A stretch of DNA of 64,000 nucleotides from Ranitomeya imitator (taxonomy: Eukaryota), in NCBI RefSeq assembly GCF_032444005.1, contig NC_091288.1, positions 217,682,001 through 217,746,000 on the forward strand, written 5' to 3'. The position numbers and the translations under genes are program-made. Each line of letters starts with the position of its first letter. Position 1 is the first letter of the stretch. Positions 21,338-33,451 of the stretch are shown piece by piece. A model generated the notes under the pieces. That model had not been told where the DNA came from and made no database searches. It saw only the letters and a list, made by a program, of their open reading frames with translations.

Positions 21338-21950
21338 AGATGTGAGGAATTCCAGGAGCAGACAGAATCGGTAAAATATTCGAAGCATTTATTCAAATAG
21401 TCACTAAAATCCACAAACACACCTCACCCACCACCCCTTGTAAGGTTACAGGGGACCGCTCAGCAGGAATAATGCTGTTAACCTGCAGATATAGGGCTTC
21501 TCTACAGATGGTGTGGCATTGCGGTCGGCTATCAGTCAGGAGGAGCGGGTACAGAGGCTGACTAAACCAGCGCCACCCCGCCTCTACGACTAAATACCGA
21601 ATGCTGCAGGAGAATAAAGATCATTTTCTCCCCGCTGCATTCGGATGCGTGCAGGCACCGGACAACATAATAACGCTGTTAACCTGCAGATTAACCATAT
21701 CCGCAAGTTATCAGAGTTATTCCTGGTAACAGGTTCCCTTTTAAAGGTCTGGCAGATGTGTTTCGGATACATGTCCTTAATCAACATCATTGTGTGCAAT
21801 GACTAAGGACATGTATCCGAAAGTTGTCTGCCAGACTTTCCATTCTTATAAGTGGTGGTGGCTGAGGTGTGTTTGTGGATTTTAATGACTATCTGAATGA
21901 ACGCTTGGAATTTTTTTTTTACAGGATCTGCCTGATGCTGGAATTCCTTT
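21338..21950. mobile_element. Penelope-like inverted-repeat relic with a hammerhead-like motif
   Basis: Outer inverted repeat about 21340-21432 / 21853-21945. Inner hairpin about 21744-21838. Hammerhead-like core at 21796-21831 (+). Confidence 0.55.
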
Positions 21951-22055
21951 TTGTCTCTACTAACCCCTGATGCACAGTCCTCTCTGTGCAGTGCAATCCT
22001 GGGAGGCGAGCTGACTTTGGAGATTTTGCTTATGTTTTCTACCATACTAACACTA

Positions 22056-23360
22056 TACTAATACTGCTCCTACGTACAAGACTATAACTACTATAATACT
22101 GCTCCTATGTACAGAATATAACTACTATAATACTGCTCCTATGTACAAGAATATAACTACTATAATACTGCTCCTACGTACAAGACTATAACTACTATAA
22201 TACTGCTCCTATGTACAGAATATAGCCACTATAATACTGCCCCCTATGTACAAGAATATAACTACTATAATACTGCTCCTATGTATAAGAATATAACTGC
22301 TATAATACTGCCCCCTATGTACAAGAATATAACTACTATAATACTGCTCCTATGTACAAGAATATAAATACTATAATACTGCCCCTATGTACAAGAATAT
22401 AATTACTATAATACTGCCCCTACGTACAAGAATATAACTACTATAATACTGCCCCTACGTACAAGAATATAACTACTATAATACTGCCCCTATGTACAAG
22501 AATATAATTACTATAATACTGCTCTTATGTACAAGAATATAACTACTATAATACTGCTCCTATGTACAAGAATATAACTACTATAATACTGCCCCTACGT
22601 ACAAGAATATAACTACTATAATACTGCCCCTACGTACAAGAATATAACTACTATAATACTGCCCCTATGTACAAGAATATAATTACTATAATACTGCTCT
22701 TATGTACAAGAATATAACTACTATAATACTGCTCCTATGTACAAGAATATAACTACTATAATACTGCTCCTATGTACAAGAATATAACTACTATAATACT
22801 GCCCCTATGTACAAGAATATAACTACTATAATACTGCTCCTATGTACAAGAATATAACTACTATAATACTGCCCCTATGTACAAGAATATAACTACTATA
22901 ATACTGCTCCTATGTACAAGAAAATAACTACTATAATACTGCTCCCTATGTACAAGAATATAACTACTATAATACTGCTCCTATGTAGAAGAAAATAACT
23001 ACTATAATACTGCTCCTACGTACAAGACTATAACTACTATAATACTGCCCCTATGTACAAGAATATAACTACTATAATACTGCTCCTATGTACAAGAAAA
23101 TAACTACTATAATACTGCCCCTATGTACAAGAATATATCTACTATAATACTGCCCCTATGTACAAAAATATAACTACTATAGTACTGCTCCTATGTACAA
23201 GAATATAACTACTATAATACTGCTCCCATGTACAAGAATATAACTACTATAATACTGCCCCTATGTACAAGAATATAACTACTATAATACTGCTCCCATG
23301 TACAAGAATATAACTACTATAATACTGCCCCTATGTACAAGAATATAACTACTATAATAC
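22056..23360. repeat. 35-bp minisatellite (ATACTGCYCCTATGTACAAGAATATAACTACTATA)n, segment 1
   Basis: Direct period of 35 (e.g. ATACTG at 22691 and 22726). It continues at about 26719-27308 and 30966-32668 after the CR1 insertions. Confidence 0.97.
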
Positions 23361-26300
23361 ATAGTAACATAGTTAGTAAGGCCGAAAAAAGACATTTATC
23401 CATCCAGTTCAGCCTATATTCCATCATAATAAATCCCCAGATCTACGTCCTTCTACAGAACCTAATAATTGTATGATACAATATTGTTCTGCTCCAGGAA
23501 GACATCCAGGCCTCTCTTGAACCCCTCGACTGAGTTCGCCATCACCACCTCCTCAGGCAGCAATTCCAGATTCTCTCTGCCCTAACAGTAAAGAATCCTC
23601 TTCTATGTTGGTGGAAAAACCTTCTTCTTCCAGACGCAAAGAATGCCCCCTTGTGCCCGTCACCTTCCTTGGTATAAACAGATCCTCAGCGAGATATTTG
23701 TATTGTCCCCTTATATACTTATACATGGTTATTAGATCGCCCCTCAGTCGTCTTTTTTCTAGACTAAATAATCCTAATTTCGCTAATCTATCTGGGTATT
23801 GTAGTTCTCCCATCCCCTTTATTAATTTTGTTGCCCTCCTTTGTACTCTCTCTAGTTCCATTATATCCTTCCTGAGCACCGGTGCCCAAAACTGGACACA
23901 GTACTCCATGTGCGGTCTAACTAGGGATTTGTACAGAGGCAGTATAATGCTCTCATCATGTGTATCCAGACCTCTTTTAATGCACCCCATGATCCTGTTT
24001 GCCTTGGCAGCTGCTGCCTGGCACTGGCTGCTCCAGGTAAGTTTATCATAAACTAGGATCCCCAAGTCCTTCTCCCTGTCAGATTTACCCAGTGGTTTCC
24101 CATTCAGTGTGTAATGGTGATATTGATTCCTTCTTCCCATGTGTATAACCTTACATTTATCATTGTTAAACCTCATCTGCCACCTTTCAGCCCAAGTTTC
24201 CAACTTATCCAGATCCATCTGTAGCAGAATACTATCTTCTCTTGTATTAACTGCTTTACATAGTTTTGTATCATCTGCAAATATCGATATTTTACTGTGT
24301 AAGGCTATGTGCACACGTTCAGGAATTCATGCAGAAAATTCCTGTGTAAAACCGGACATTTTCTGCATGAAATCCGGAAGAAAACTGCATGCGTTTTTTG
24401 CCGCGGTTTTGACGCGTTTTTTTCCGGACACTTCCCAATGCATTTTACAGTGGGAAATCCGCAAAAAAACCGCAAAAAGATAGAGCATGTCCGGATTTTG
24501 TGCCTGATGCGTTTTTTATGCGGAAAAAAACGCATCATGTGCACAAAACATGCGGAATTCATTCTAAATGATGGGATGCTTCTTGTATGCGGTTTTTTTG
24601 CGGTTTTATAGCGTTTTTATCGGGAAAAAACGCGAAAAAACCGGAACGTGTGAACACAGCCTAAACCTTCTACCAGATCATTAATGAATATGTTGAAGAG
24701 AACAGGTCCCAATACTGACCCCTGCGGTACCCCACTGGTCACAGCGACCCAGTTAGAGACTATACCATTTATAACCACCCTCTGCTTTCTATCACTAAGC
24801 CAGTTACTAACCCATTTACACACAATTTCCCCCAGACCAAGCATTCTCATTTTGTGTACCAACCTCTTGTGCGGCACGGTATCAAACGCTTTGGAAAAAT
24901 CGAGATATACCACGTCCAATGACTCACCGTTGTCCAGCCTATAGCTTACCTCTTCATAAAAACTGATTAGATTGGTTTGACAGGAGCGATTTCTCATAAA
25001 CCCATGCTGTTATGGAGTTAAACAGTTATTCTCATTGAGATAATCCAGAATAACATCCCTCAGAAACCCTTCAAATATTTTACCAACAATAGAGGTTAGA
25101 CTTACTGGCCTATAATTTCCAGGTTCACTTTTAGAGCCCTTTTTGAATATTGGCACCACATTTGCTATGCGCCAGTCCTGCGGAACAGACCCTGTCACAA
25201 TAGAGTCCCTAAAAATAAGAAATAATGGTTTATCTATTACATTACTTAGTTCTCTTAGTGCTCGTGGGTGTATGCCATCCGGACCCGGAGATTTATCTAT
25301 TTTAATCTTATTTAGCCGGTTTCGCACCTCTTCTTGGGTTAGATTGGTGACCCTTAATATAGGGTTTTCATTGTTTCTTGGGATTTCACCTAGCATTTCA
25401 TTTTCCACCGTGAATACCGTGGAGAAGGTGTTTAATATGTTAGCTTTTTCCTCGTCATCTACAACCATTCTTTCCTCACTATTTTTTAAGGGGCCTACAT
25501 TTTCAGTTTTTATTCTTTTACTATTGATATAGTTGAAGAACAGTTTGGGATTAGTTTTACTCTCCTTAGCAATGTGCTTCTCTGTTTCCTTTTTGGCAGC
25601 TTTAATTAGTTTTTTAGATAAAGTATTTTTCTCCCTATAGTTTTTTAGAGCTTCAATGGTGCCATCCTGCTTTAGTAGTGCAAATGCTTTCTTTTTACTG
25701 TTAATTGCCTGTCTTACTTCTTTGTTTAGCCACATTGGGTTTTTCCTATTTCTAGTCCTTTTATTCCCACAAGGTATAAACCGCTTACACTGCCTATTTA
25801 GGATGTTCTTAAACATTTCCCATTTATTATTTGTATTCTTATTTCTGAGGATATTGTCCCAGTCTACCAGATTAAGGGCATCTCTAAGCTGTTCAAACTT
25901 TGCCTTCCTAAAGTTCAGTGTTTTTGTGACTCCCTGACAAGTCCCCCTAGTGAAAGACAGGTGAAACTGTACAATATTGTGGTCGCTATTTCCTAGATGC
26001 CCGACCACCTGCAGATTTGTTATTCTGTCAGGTCTATTAGATAGTATTAGGTCTAAAAGTGCTGCTCCTCTGGTTGGATTCTGCACCAATTGTGAAAGAT
26101 AATTTTTCTTGGTTATTAGCAGAAACCTGTTGCCTTTATGGGTTTCACAGGTTTCTGTTTCCCAGTTAATATCCGGGTAGTTAAAGTCCCCCATAACCAG
26201 GACCTCATTATGGGTTGCAGCTTCATCTATCTGCTTTAGAAGTAGACTTTCCATGGTTTCTGTTATATTTGGGGGTTTGTAACAGACCCCAATGAGAATT

Positions 26301-26718
26301 TTGTTACCATTTTTCCCTCCATGAATTTCGACCCATATGGACTCGACATCCTCATTTCCTTCGCTAATATCCTCCCTTAAAGTGGACTTTAGACAAGACT
26401 TTACATAGAGACAAACCCCTCCTCCTCTCCGATTTTTACGATCCTTTCTAAACAGACTGTAACCCTGTAAGTTAACTGCCCAGTCATAGCTTTCATCTAA
26501 CCATGTCTCGGTTATTCCCACTATGTCAAAGTTACCTGTAGATATTTCTGCTTCTAGTTCTTCCATCTTGTTTGTCAGGCTTCTGGCGTTTGCGAGCATG
26601 CAGTTTAGAGGATTTTGTTTTGTTCCAATCTCCTTGCTGTGGATTTTTTTAGAAATGTTTTTACCTCCCTTCTGAGTATGTTTTCCTGGGTCTTCTTTGG
26701 TCGAGTCTAATGTTTTTA
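23361..26718 (-). mobile_element. CR1 LINE, 5'-truncated, nearly complete ORF2 (APE + RT)
   Basis: ORF 25010-26599 (NARSL...GITETWL, GDFNYPDINW), then an in-frame TAA at 25010, then [19 protein letters not shown] and IFADD. The 3' tail is CTATGTTACTATGT at 23361. Lesions: one nonsense codon, one MITE and one 1-nt deletion near the C-terminus. Confidence 0.96.
24303..24661. mobile_element. PIF/Harbinger-type MITE in the CR1 RT domain
   Basis: TAA|GGCTATGTGCACACG...CGTGTGAACACAGCC|TAA. Removing it restores NDLVEGL-HSKISIFADD. Confidence 0.9.
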
Positions 26719-27308
26719 TTCTCCTATGTACAAGAATATAACTACTATAATACTGCCCCTATGTACAAGAATATAACTACTATAATACTGCTCCTATGTA
26801 CAAGAAAATAACTACTATAATACTGCTCCTACGTACAAGACTATAACTACTATAATACTGCCCCTATGTACATGAATATAACTACTATAATACTGCTCCT
26901 ATGTACAAGAATATAACTACTATAATACTGCTCCTATGTACAAGAATATAACTACTATAATACTGCCCCTATGTACAAGAATATAACTACTATAATACTG
27001 CCCCTATGTACAAGAATATAACTACTATAATACTGCTCCTATGTACAAGAATATAACTACTATAATACTGCTACTATGTACAAGAATATAACTACTATAA
27101 TACTGCCCATATGTACAATCATATAACTACTATAATACTGCTCCTATGTACAAGAATATAACTACTATAATACTGCTACTATGTACAGGAATATATCTAC
27201 TATAATACTGCCCCTATGTACAAGAATATAACTACTATAATACTACCCCTATGTACAAGAATATAACTACTATAATACTGCCCCTATGTACAAGAATATA
27301 ACTACTAT
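26719..27308. repeat. 35-bp minisatellite, segment 2
   Basis: Same unit and orientation as 22056-23360. Confidence 0.95.
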
Positions 27309-28551
27309 TATTATTAACAATGATAAATGTAAGGTTATACACATGGGAAGAAGGAATCAATATCACCATTACACACTGAACGGGAAACCACTGGGTAAAT
27401 CTGACAGGGAGAAGGACTTGGGGATCCTAGTTAATGATAAACTTACCTGGAGCAGCCAGTGCCAGGCAGCAGCTGCCAAGGCAAACAGGATCATGGGGTG
27501 CATTAACCCCTTCAAGACCCAGCCTATTTTGACCTTAAAGACCTTGCCGTTTTTTGCAATTCTGACCAGTGTCCCTTTATGAGGTAATAACTCAGGAACG
27601 CTTCAACGGATCCTAGCGGTTCTGAGATTGTTTTTTCGTGACATATTGGGCTTCATGTTAGTGGTAAATTTAGGTCAATAAATTCTGCATTTATTTGTGA
27701 TAAACACGGAAATTTGGCGAAAATTTTGAAAATTTCGCAATTTTCACATTTTGAATTTTTATTCTGTTAAACCAGAGAGATATGTGACACAAAATAGTTA
27801 ATAAATAACATTTCCCACATGTTTACTTTACATCAGCACAATTTTGGAAACAAAATTTTTTTTTGTTAGGAAGTTATAAGGGTTAAAATTCGACCAGCGA
27901 TTTGTCATTTTTACAACGAAATTTACAAAACCATTTTTTTAGGGACCACCTCACATTTGAAGTCAGTTTGAGGGGTCTATATGGCTGAAAATACCCAAAA
28001 GTGACACCATTCTAAAAACTGCACCCCTCAAGGTACTCAAAACCACATTCCAGAAGTTTATTAACCCTTCAGGTGCTTCACAGAAGCAGAAGCAACATGG
28101 AAGGAAAAAATGAACATTTAACTTTTTAGTCACAAAAATTATCTTTTAGCAACAATTTTTTTATTTTCCCAATGGTAAAAGGAGAAACTGAACCACGAAA
28201 GTTGTTGTCCAATTTGTCCTGAGTACGCTGGTACCCCATATGTGGGGGTAAACCACTGTTTGGGCACACGTCAGGGCTCGGAAGTGAGGGAGCACCATTT
28301 GACTTTTTGAATACGAGATTGGCTGGAATCAATGGTGGCGCCATGTTGCGTTTGGAGACCCCTGATGTGCCTAAACAGTGGAAACCCCTCAATTCTAACT
28401 CCAACACTAACCCCCCCACACCCCTAACCCTAATCCCAACTGTAGCCATAACCCTAATCACAACCCTAACCCCAACACACCCCTAACCACAACACTAACC
28501 CCAACACACCCCTAACCCTAACCACAACCCTAATTCCAACCCTAACCCTAA

Positions 28552-28895
28552 GGCTATGTGCCCACGTTGCGGATTCGTGTGAGATATTTCCGCACCATTT
28601 TTGAAAAATCTGCGGGTAAAAGGCACTGTGTTTTACCTGCGGATTTTCCGCGGATTTCCAGTGTTTTTTGTGCGGATTTCACCTGCGGATTCCTATTGAG
28701 GAGCAGGTGTAAAACGCTGCGGAATCCGCACAAAGAATTGACATGCTGCGGAAAATACAATGCAGCGTTTCCGCGCGGTATTTTCCGCACCATGGGCACA
28801 GCGGATTTGGTTTTTCATATGTTTACATGGTACTGTAAACCTGATGGAACACTGCTGCGAATCCGCAGCCAAATCCGCACCGTGTGCACATGGCC
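28552..28895. mobile_element. PIF/Harbinger-type MITE (a second copy starts at about 28905 and is cut by the gap)
   Basis: TAA|GGCTATGTGCCCACG...CGTGTGCACATGGCC|TAA, inserted in a CCCTAA repeat. Confidence 0.85.
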
Positions 28896-29235
28896 TAATT
28901 CTAAAGGTATGTGCACACGCTGCAGAAAACGCTGCGGATCCGCAGCAGTTTCCCATGAGTTTACATTTCAATGTAAACCTATGGGAAACAAAAATCGCTG
29001 TGCACATGCTGCGGAAAAACTGCACGGAAACGCAGCGGTTTACATTCCGCAGCATGTCACTTCTTTGTGCGGATTCCGCAGCGGTTTTACAACTGCTCCA
29101 ATAGAAAATCGCAATTGTAAAACCGCAGTGAAATGCGCAGAAAAAAACGCGGTAAATCCGCCATAAATCCGCAGCGGTTTAGCACTGCGGATTTATCAAA
29201 TCCGCAGCGGAAAAATCCGCAGAGGACCAGAATAC

Positions 29236-29432
29236 NNNNNNNNNNNNNNNNNNNNNNNNNNNNNNNNNNNNNNNNNNNNNNNNNNNNNNNNNNNNNNNNN
29301 NNNNNNNNNNNNNNNNNNNNNNNNNNNNNNNNNNNNNNNNNNNNNNNNNNNNNNNNNNNNNNNNNNNNNNNNNNNNNNNNNNNNNNNNNNNNNNNNNNNN
29401 NNNNNNNNNNNNNNNNNNNNNNNNNNNNNNNN
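29236..29432. other. Assembly gap (N run)
   Basis: About 197 consecutive N. Confidence 1.
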
Positions 29433-30965
29433 GAAAAAAAAAAATTTCTTTATTTTTTTTATTGTCCCTACCTATGGGGGTGACAAAGGGGGGGGGTCAT
29501 TTATTATTTTTTTTATTTTGATCACTGAGATAGATTATATCTCAGTGATCAAAATGCACTTTGGAACGAATCTGCCGGCCGGCAGATTCGGCGGGCGCAC
29601 TGCGCATGCGCCCGCCATTTTGGAAGATGGCGGCGCCCGGGAGAAGACGGACGGGACCACGGCTGGATCGGTAAGTATGATAGGGTGGGGGGGGACCACG
29701 GGGGGGGGGATCGGAGCACGGGGGGGGGAATCGGAGCGCGGGAGGGGTGGAACGGAGCGCGGGGGGCGTGGAACGGAGCACGGGGGGGCTGGAATGGAGC
29801 ACGGGGGGGTGGAACGGAGCACGGGGGGGTGGATCGGAGTGCAGGGGGGGTGATTGGAGCACGGGGGGGTGATTGGAGCACGGGGGGAGCGGACACGAGC
29901 ACGGGGGGGAGCGGAGCACAGGACGGAGGGGAGCCGGAGCAGTGTACCGGCCAGATCGGGAGGGTGGGGGGGCGATCGGAGGGGTGGGGTGGGGGCACAC
30001 TAGTATTTCCAGCCATGGCCGATGATATTTCAGCATCGGCCATGGCTGGATTGTAATATTTCACCCGTTATAATGGGTGAAATATTACAAATCGCTCTGA
30101 TTGGCAGTTTCACTTTCAACAGCCAATCAGAGCGATCGTAGCCACGAGGGGGTGAAGCCACCCCCCCTGGGCTAAACTACCACTCCCCCTGTCCCTGCAG
30201 ATCGGGTGAAATGGGAGTTAACCCTTTCACCCGATCTGCAGGGACGCGATCTTTCCATGACGCCGCATAGGCGTCATGGGTCGGAATGGCACCGACTTTC
30301 ATGACGCCTACGTGGCGTCATGGGTCGGGAAGGGGTTAAAAGAGGTCTGGATACACATGATGAGAGCATTATACTGCCTCTGTACAAATCCCTAGTTAGA
30401 CCGCACATGGAGTACTGTGTCCAGTTTTGGGCACCGGTGCTCAGGAAGGATATAATGGAACTAGAGAGAGTACAAAGGAGGGCAACAAAATTAATAAAGG
30501 GGATGGGAGAACTACAATACCCAGATAGATTAGCGAAATTAGGATTATTTAGTCTAGAAAAAAGACGACTGAGGGGCGATCTAATAACCATGTATAAGTA
30601 TATAAGGGGACAATACAAATATCTCGCTGAGGATCTGTTTATACCAAGGAAGGTGACGGGCACAAGGGGGCATTCTTTGCGTCTGGAGGAGAGAAGGTTT
30701 TTCCACCAACATAGAAGAGGATTCTTTACTGTTAGGGCAGTGAGAATCTGGAATTGCTTGCCTGAGGAGGTGGTGATGGCGAACTCAGTCGAGGGGTTCA
30801 AGAGAGGCCTGGATGTCTTCCTGGAGCAGAACAATATTGTATCATACAATTATTAGGTTCTGTAGAAGGACGTAGATCTGGGGATTTATTATGATGGAAT
30901 ATAGGCTGAACTGGATGGACAAATGTCTTTTTTCAGCCTTACTAACTATGTTACTATGTTACTAT

Positions 30966-32668
30966 GTTACTATAATACTGCTACTATGTACAGGAATATA
31001 TCTACTATAATACTGCCCCTATGTACAAGAATATAACTACTATAATACTGCCCCTATGTACAAGAATATAACTACTATAATACTGCTCTCTATGTACAAG
31101 AATATAACTACTATAATACTGCTCCTATGTACAAGAATATAACTACTATAATACTGCTCCCATGTGCAAGAATATAACTACTATAATACTGCCCTATGTA
31201 CAAGAATATAACTACAATACTGCTCCTATGTACAAGAATATAACTACTATAATACTGCTCCTATGTACAAGACTATAACTACTATAATACTGCCCCTATG
31301 TACAAGAATATAACTACTATAATACTGCTCCTATGTACAAGAAGAAAATAACTACTATAATACTGCTCCTATGTACAAGACTATAACTACTATAATACTG
31401 CCCCTATGTACAAGAATATAACTACTATAATACTGCTCCTATGTACAAGAATATAACTACTATAATACTGCCCCTATGTACAAGAATATAACTACTATAA
31501 TACTGCTCCTATGTACAAGAATATAACTACTATAATACTGCCCCTATGTACAAGAATATAACTACTATAATACTGCCCCTATGTACAAGAATATAACTAC
31601 TATAATACTGCCCCTATGTACAAGAATATAACTACTATAATACTGCCCCTATGTACAAGAATATAACTACTATAATACTGCCCCTATGTACAAGAATATA
31701 ACTACTATAATACTGCCCTATGTACAAGAATATAACTACAATACTGCTCCTATGTACAAGAATATAACTACTATAATACTGCCCCTATGTACAAGAATAT
31801 AACTACTATAATACTGCTCCTATGTACAAGAAAATAACTACTATAATACTGCTCCTACGTACAAGACTATAACTACTATAATACTGCCCCTATGTACAAG
31901 AATATTACTATAATACTGCTCCTATGTACAAGAATATAACTACTATAATATTGCTCTCTATGTACAAGAATATAACTACTATAATACTGCTCCTATGTAC
32001 AAGAATATAACTACTATAATACTGCTCCCATGTGCAAGAATATAACTACTATAATACTGCCCTATGTACAAGAATATAACTACAATACTGCTCCTATGTA
32101 CAAGAATATAACTACTATAATACTGCCCCTATGTACAAGAATATAACTACTATAATACTGCTCTCTATGTACAAGAATATAACTACTATAATACTGCTCC
32201 TATGTACAAGAATATAACTACTATAATACTGCTCCCATGTGCAAGAATATAACTACTATAATACTGCCCTATGTACAAGAATATAACTACAATACTGCTC
32301 CTATGTACAAGAATATAACTACTATAATACTGCCCCTATGTACAAGAATATAACTACTATAATACTGCTCCCATGTGCAAGAATATAACTACTATAATAC
32401 TGCCCTATGTACAAGAATATAACTACAATACTGCTCCTATGTACAAGAATATAACTACTATAATACTGCCCCTATGTACAAGAATATAACTACTATAATA
32501 CTGCTCCTATGTACAAGAATATAACTACTATAATACTGCCCTATGTACAAGAATATAACTACTATAATACTGCTCCTATGTACAAGAATATAACTGCTAT
32601 AATACTGCCCCTATGTACAAGAATATAACTATAATACTGCTCCTATGTACAAGAATATAACTACAATA
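30966..32668. repeat. 35-bp minisatellite, segment 3
   Basis: Same unit, with indel variants of 33-36 bp. Confidence 0.96.
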
Positions 32669-33451
32669 ATATTGGCTAAGGGTTAATAAAAATAATAGAT
32701 AATCAGTTAAATGGTATCAACAAAATTTGTATGCATTAGTGGTGAAAGCAAATCTAAGAAAACTATGCAATATATCACATCGGAGAATAATCTGATTCAT
32801 TTCCCAGTTGATTGCCACCTTATACCCACTACCCTGCCTCTTTAACCATGGAGTCTTGAAAAAAAAAAAAACAGCTTGATCAAACCACTAGCTCAGTGAG
32901 GTGTCAGGTTACAGCTCTCATTATTCTCTATTGAGAATTGAGTGTATAGAGCTGGGGAGGAGGGAGAAGCAGAGTGATGCATAACCATGGACGCACATAC
33001 TCGGATGCAGCTTTCTGTTTCTCCAAGACCCGGATTCACAGGGACTCAGCTTAGACCTGATGTACAATCTCCTCCAAACTGCTGATGCTTCTAGCTTTGT
33101 GCTGAAGAGCAGGAATCCCTAAAGTCTCTGTTTGCGGTATATGGGAGACATTATGGCAGGGGGTCTTCACCCACTAGGTCAGACACAACTGAAAATAAGA
33201 GACATGGCAGACGAGAAAAAAATTGAGAAAATTGCATGATACAAGGCATACAGCGGCCAGAAATAGTGTAATTCTTCATGTACAAACACAACGGCCTTTT
33301 CTAAAAAGTTACCTGAAACGATAGGTATACTTTAATACTTTTTAAGAAGACATTAGTTATTTTTCATCTTTCTGCCAAAAGTTCCTTTAATATAAAATTT
33401 TCTTTTGTTTTTTAGGGTCTCGGCGTTTAGATTCTCTCCCTTCTCCTAGGG

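Larger units (their letters stand above)
27507..30335. mobile_element. piggyBac-like non-autonomous element spanning the assembly gap
   Basis: TTAA|CCCCTTCAAGACC...GGTCGGGAAGGGG|TTAA, with the TSD at 27503-27506 and 30336-30339. It contains CCCTAA-like repeats, two Harbinger MITEs and GC-rich repeats. Confidence 0.8.
27313..30965 (+). mobile_element. CR1 3' fragment split by a TTAA transposon (27313-27506 and 30336-30965)
   Basis: NNDKCKVIHMG...RIMGCI resumes as KRGLDTHDES...HQHRRGFF and ends (CTATGTTA)n. It is near-identical to 43968-44725, which has the empty GGGTGCATTAAAAGAGG site. Confidence 0.93.

Noticed and set aside
29518-30064. Overlapping Pro-rich and Gly-rich ORFs
   Set aside because: They derive from GGAGCACGGGGGG repeats within the TTAA element.
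22056-32668. Regular 35-bp repeats (also the 38-, 74- and 32-bp arrays) as CRISPR arrays
   Set aside because: Head-to-tail units with no unique spacers, no cas genes, and a eukaryotic intron context.
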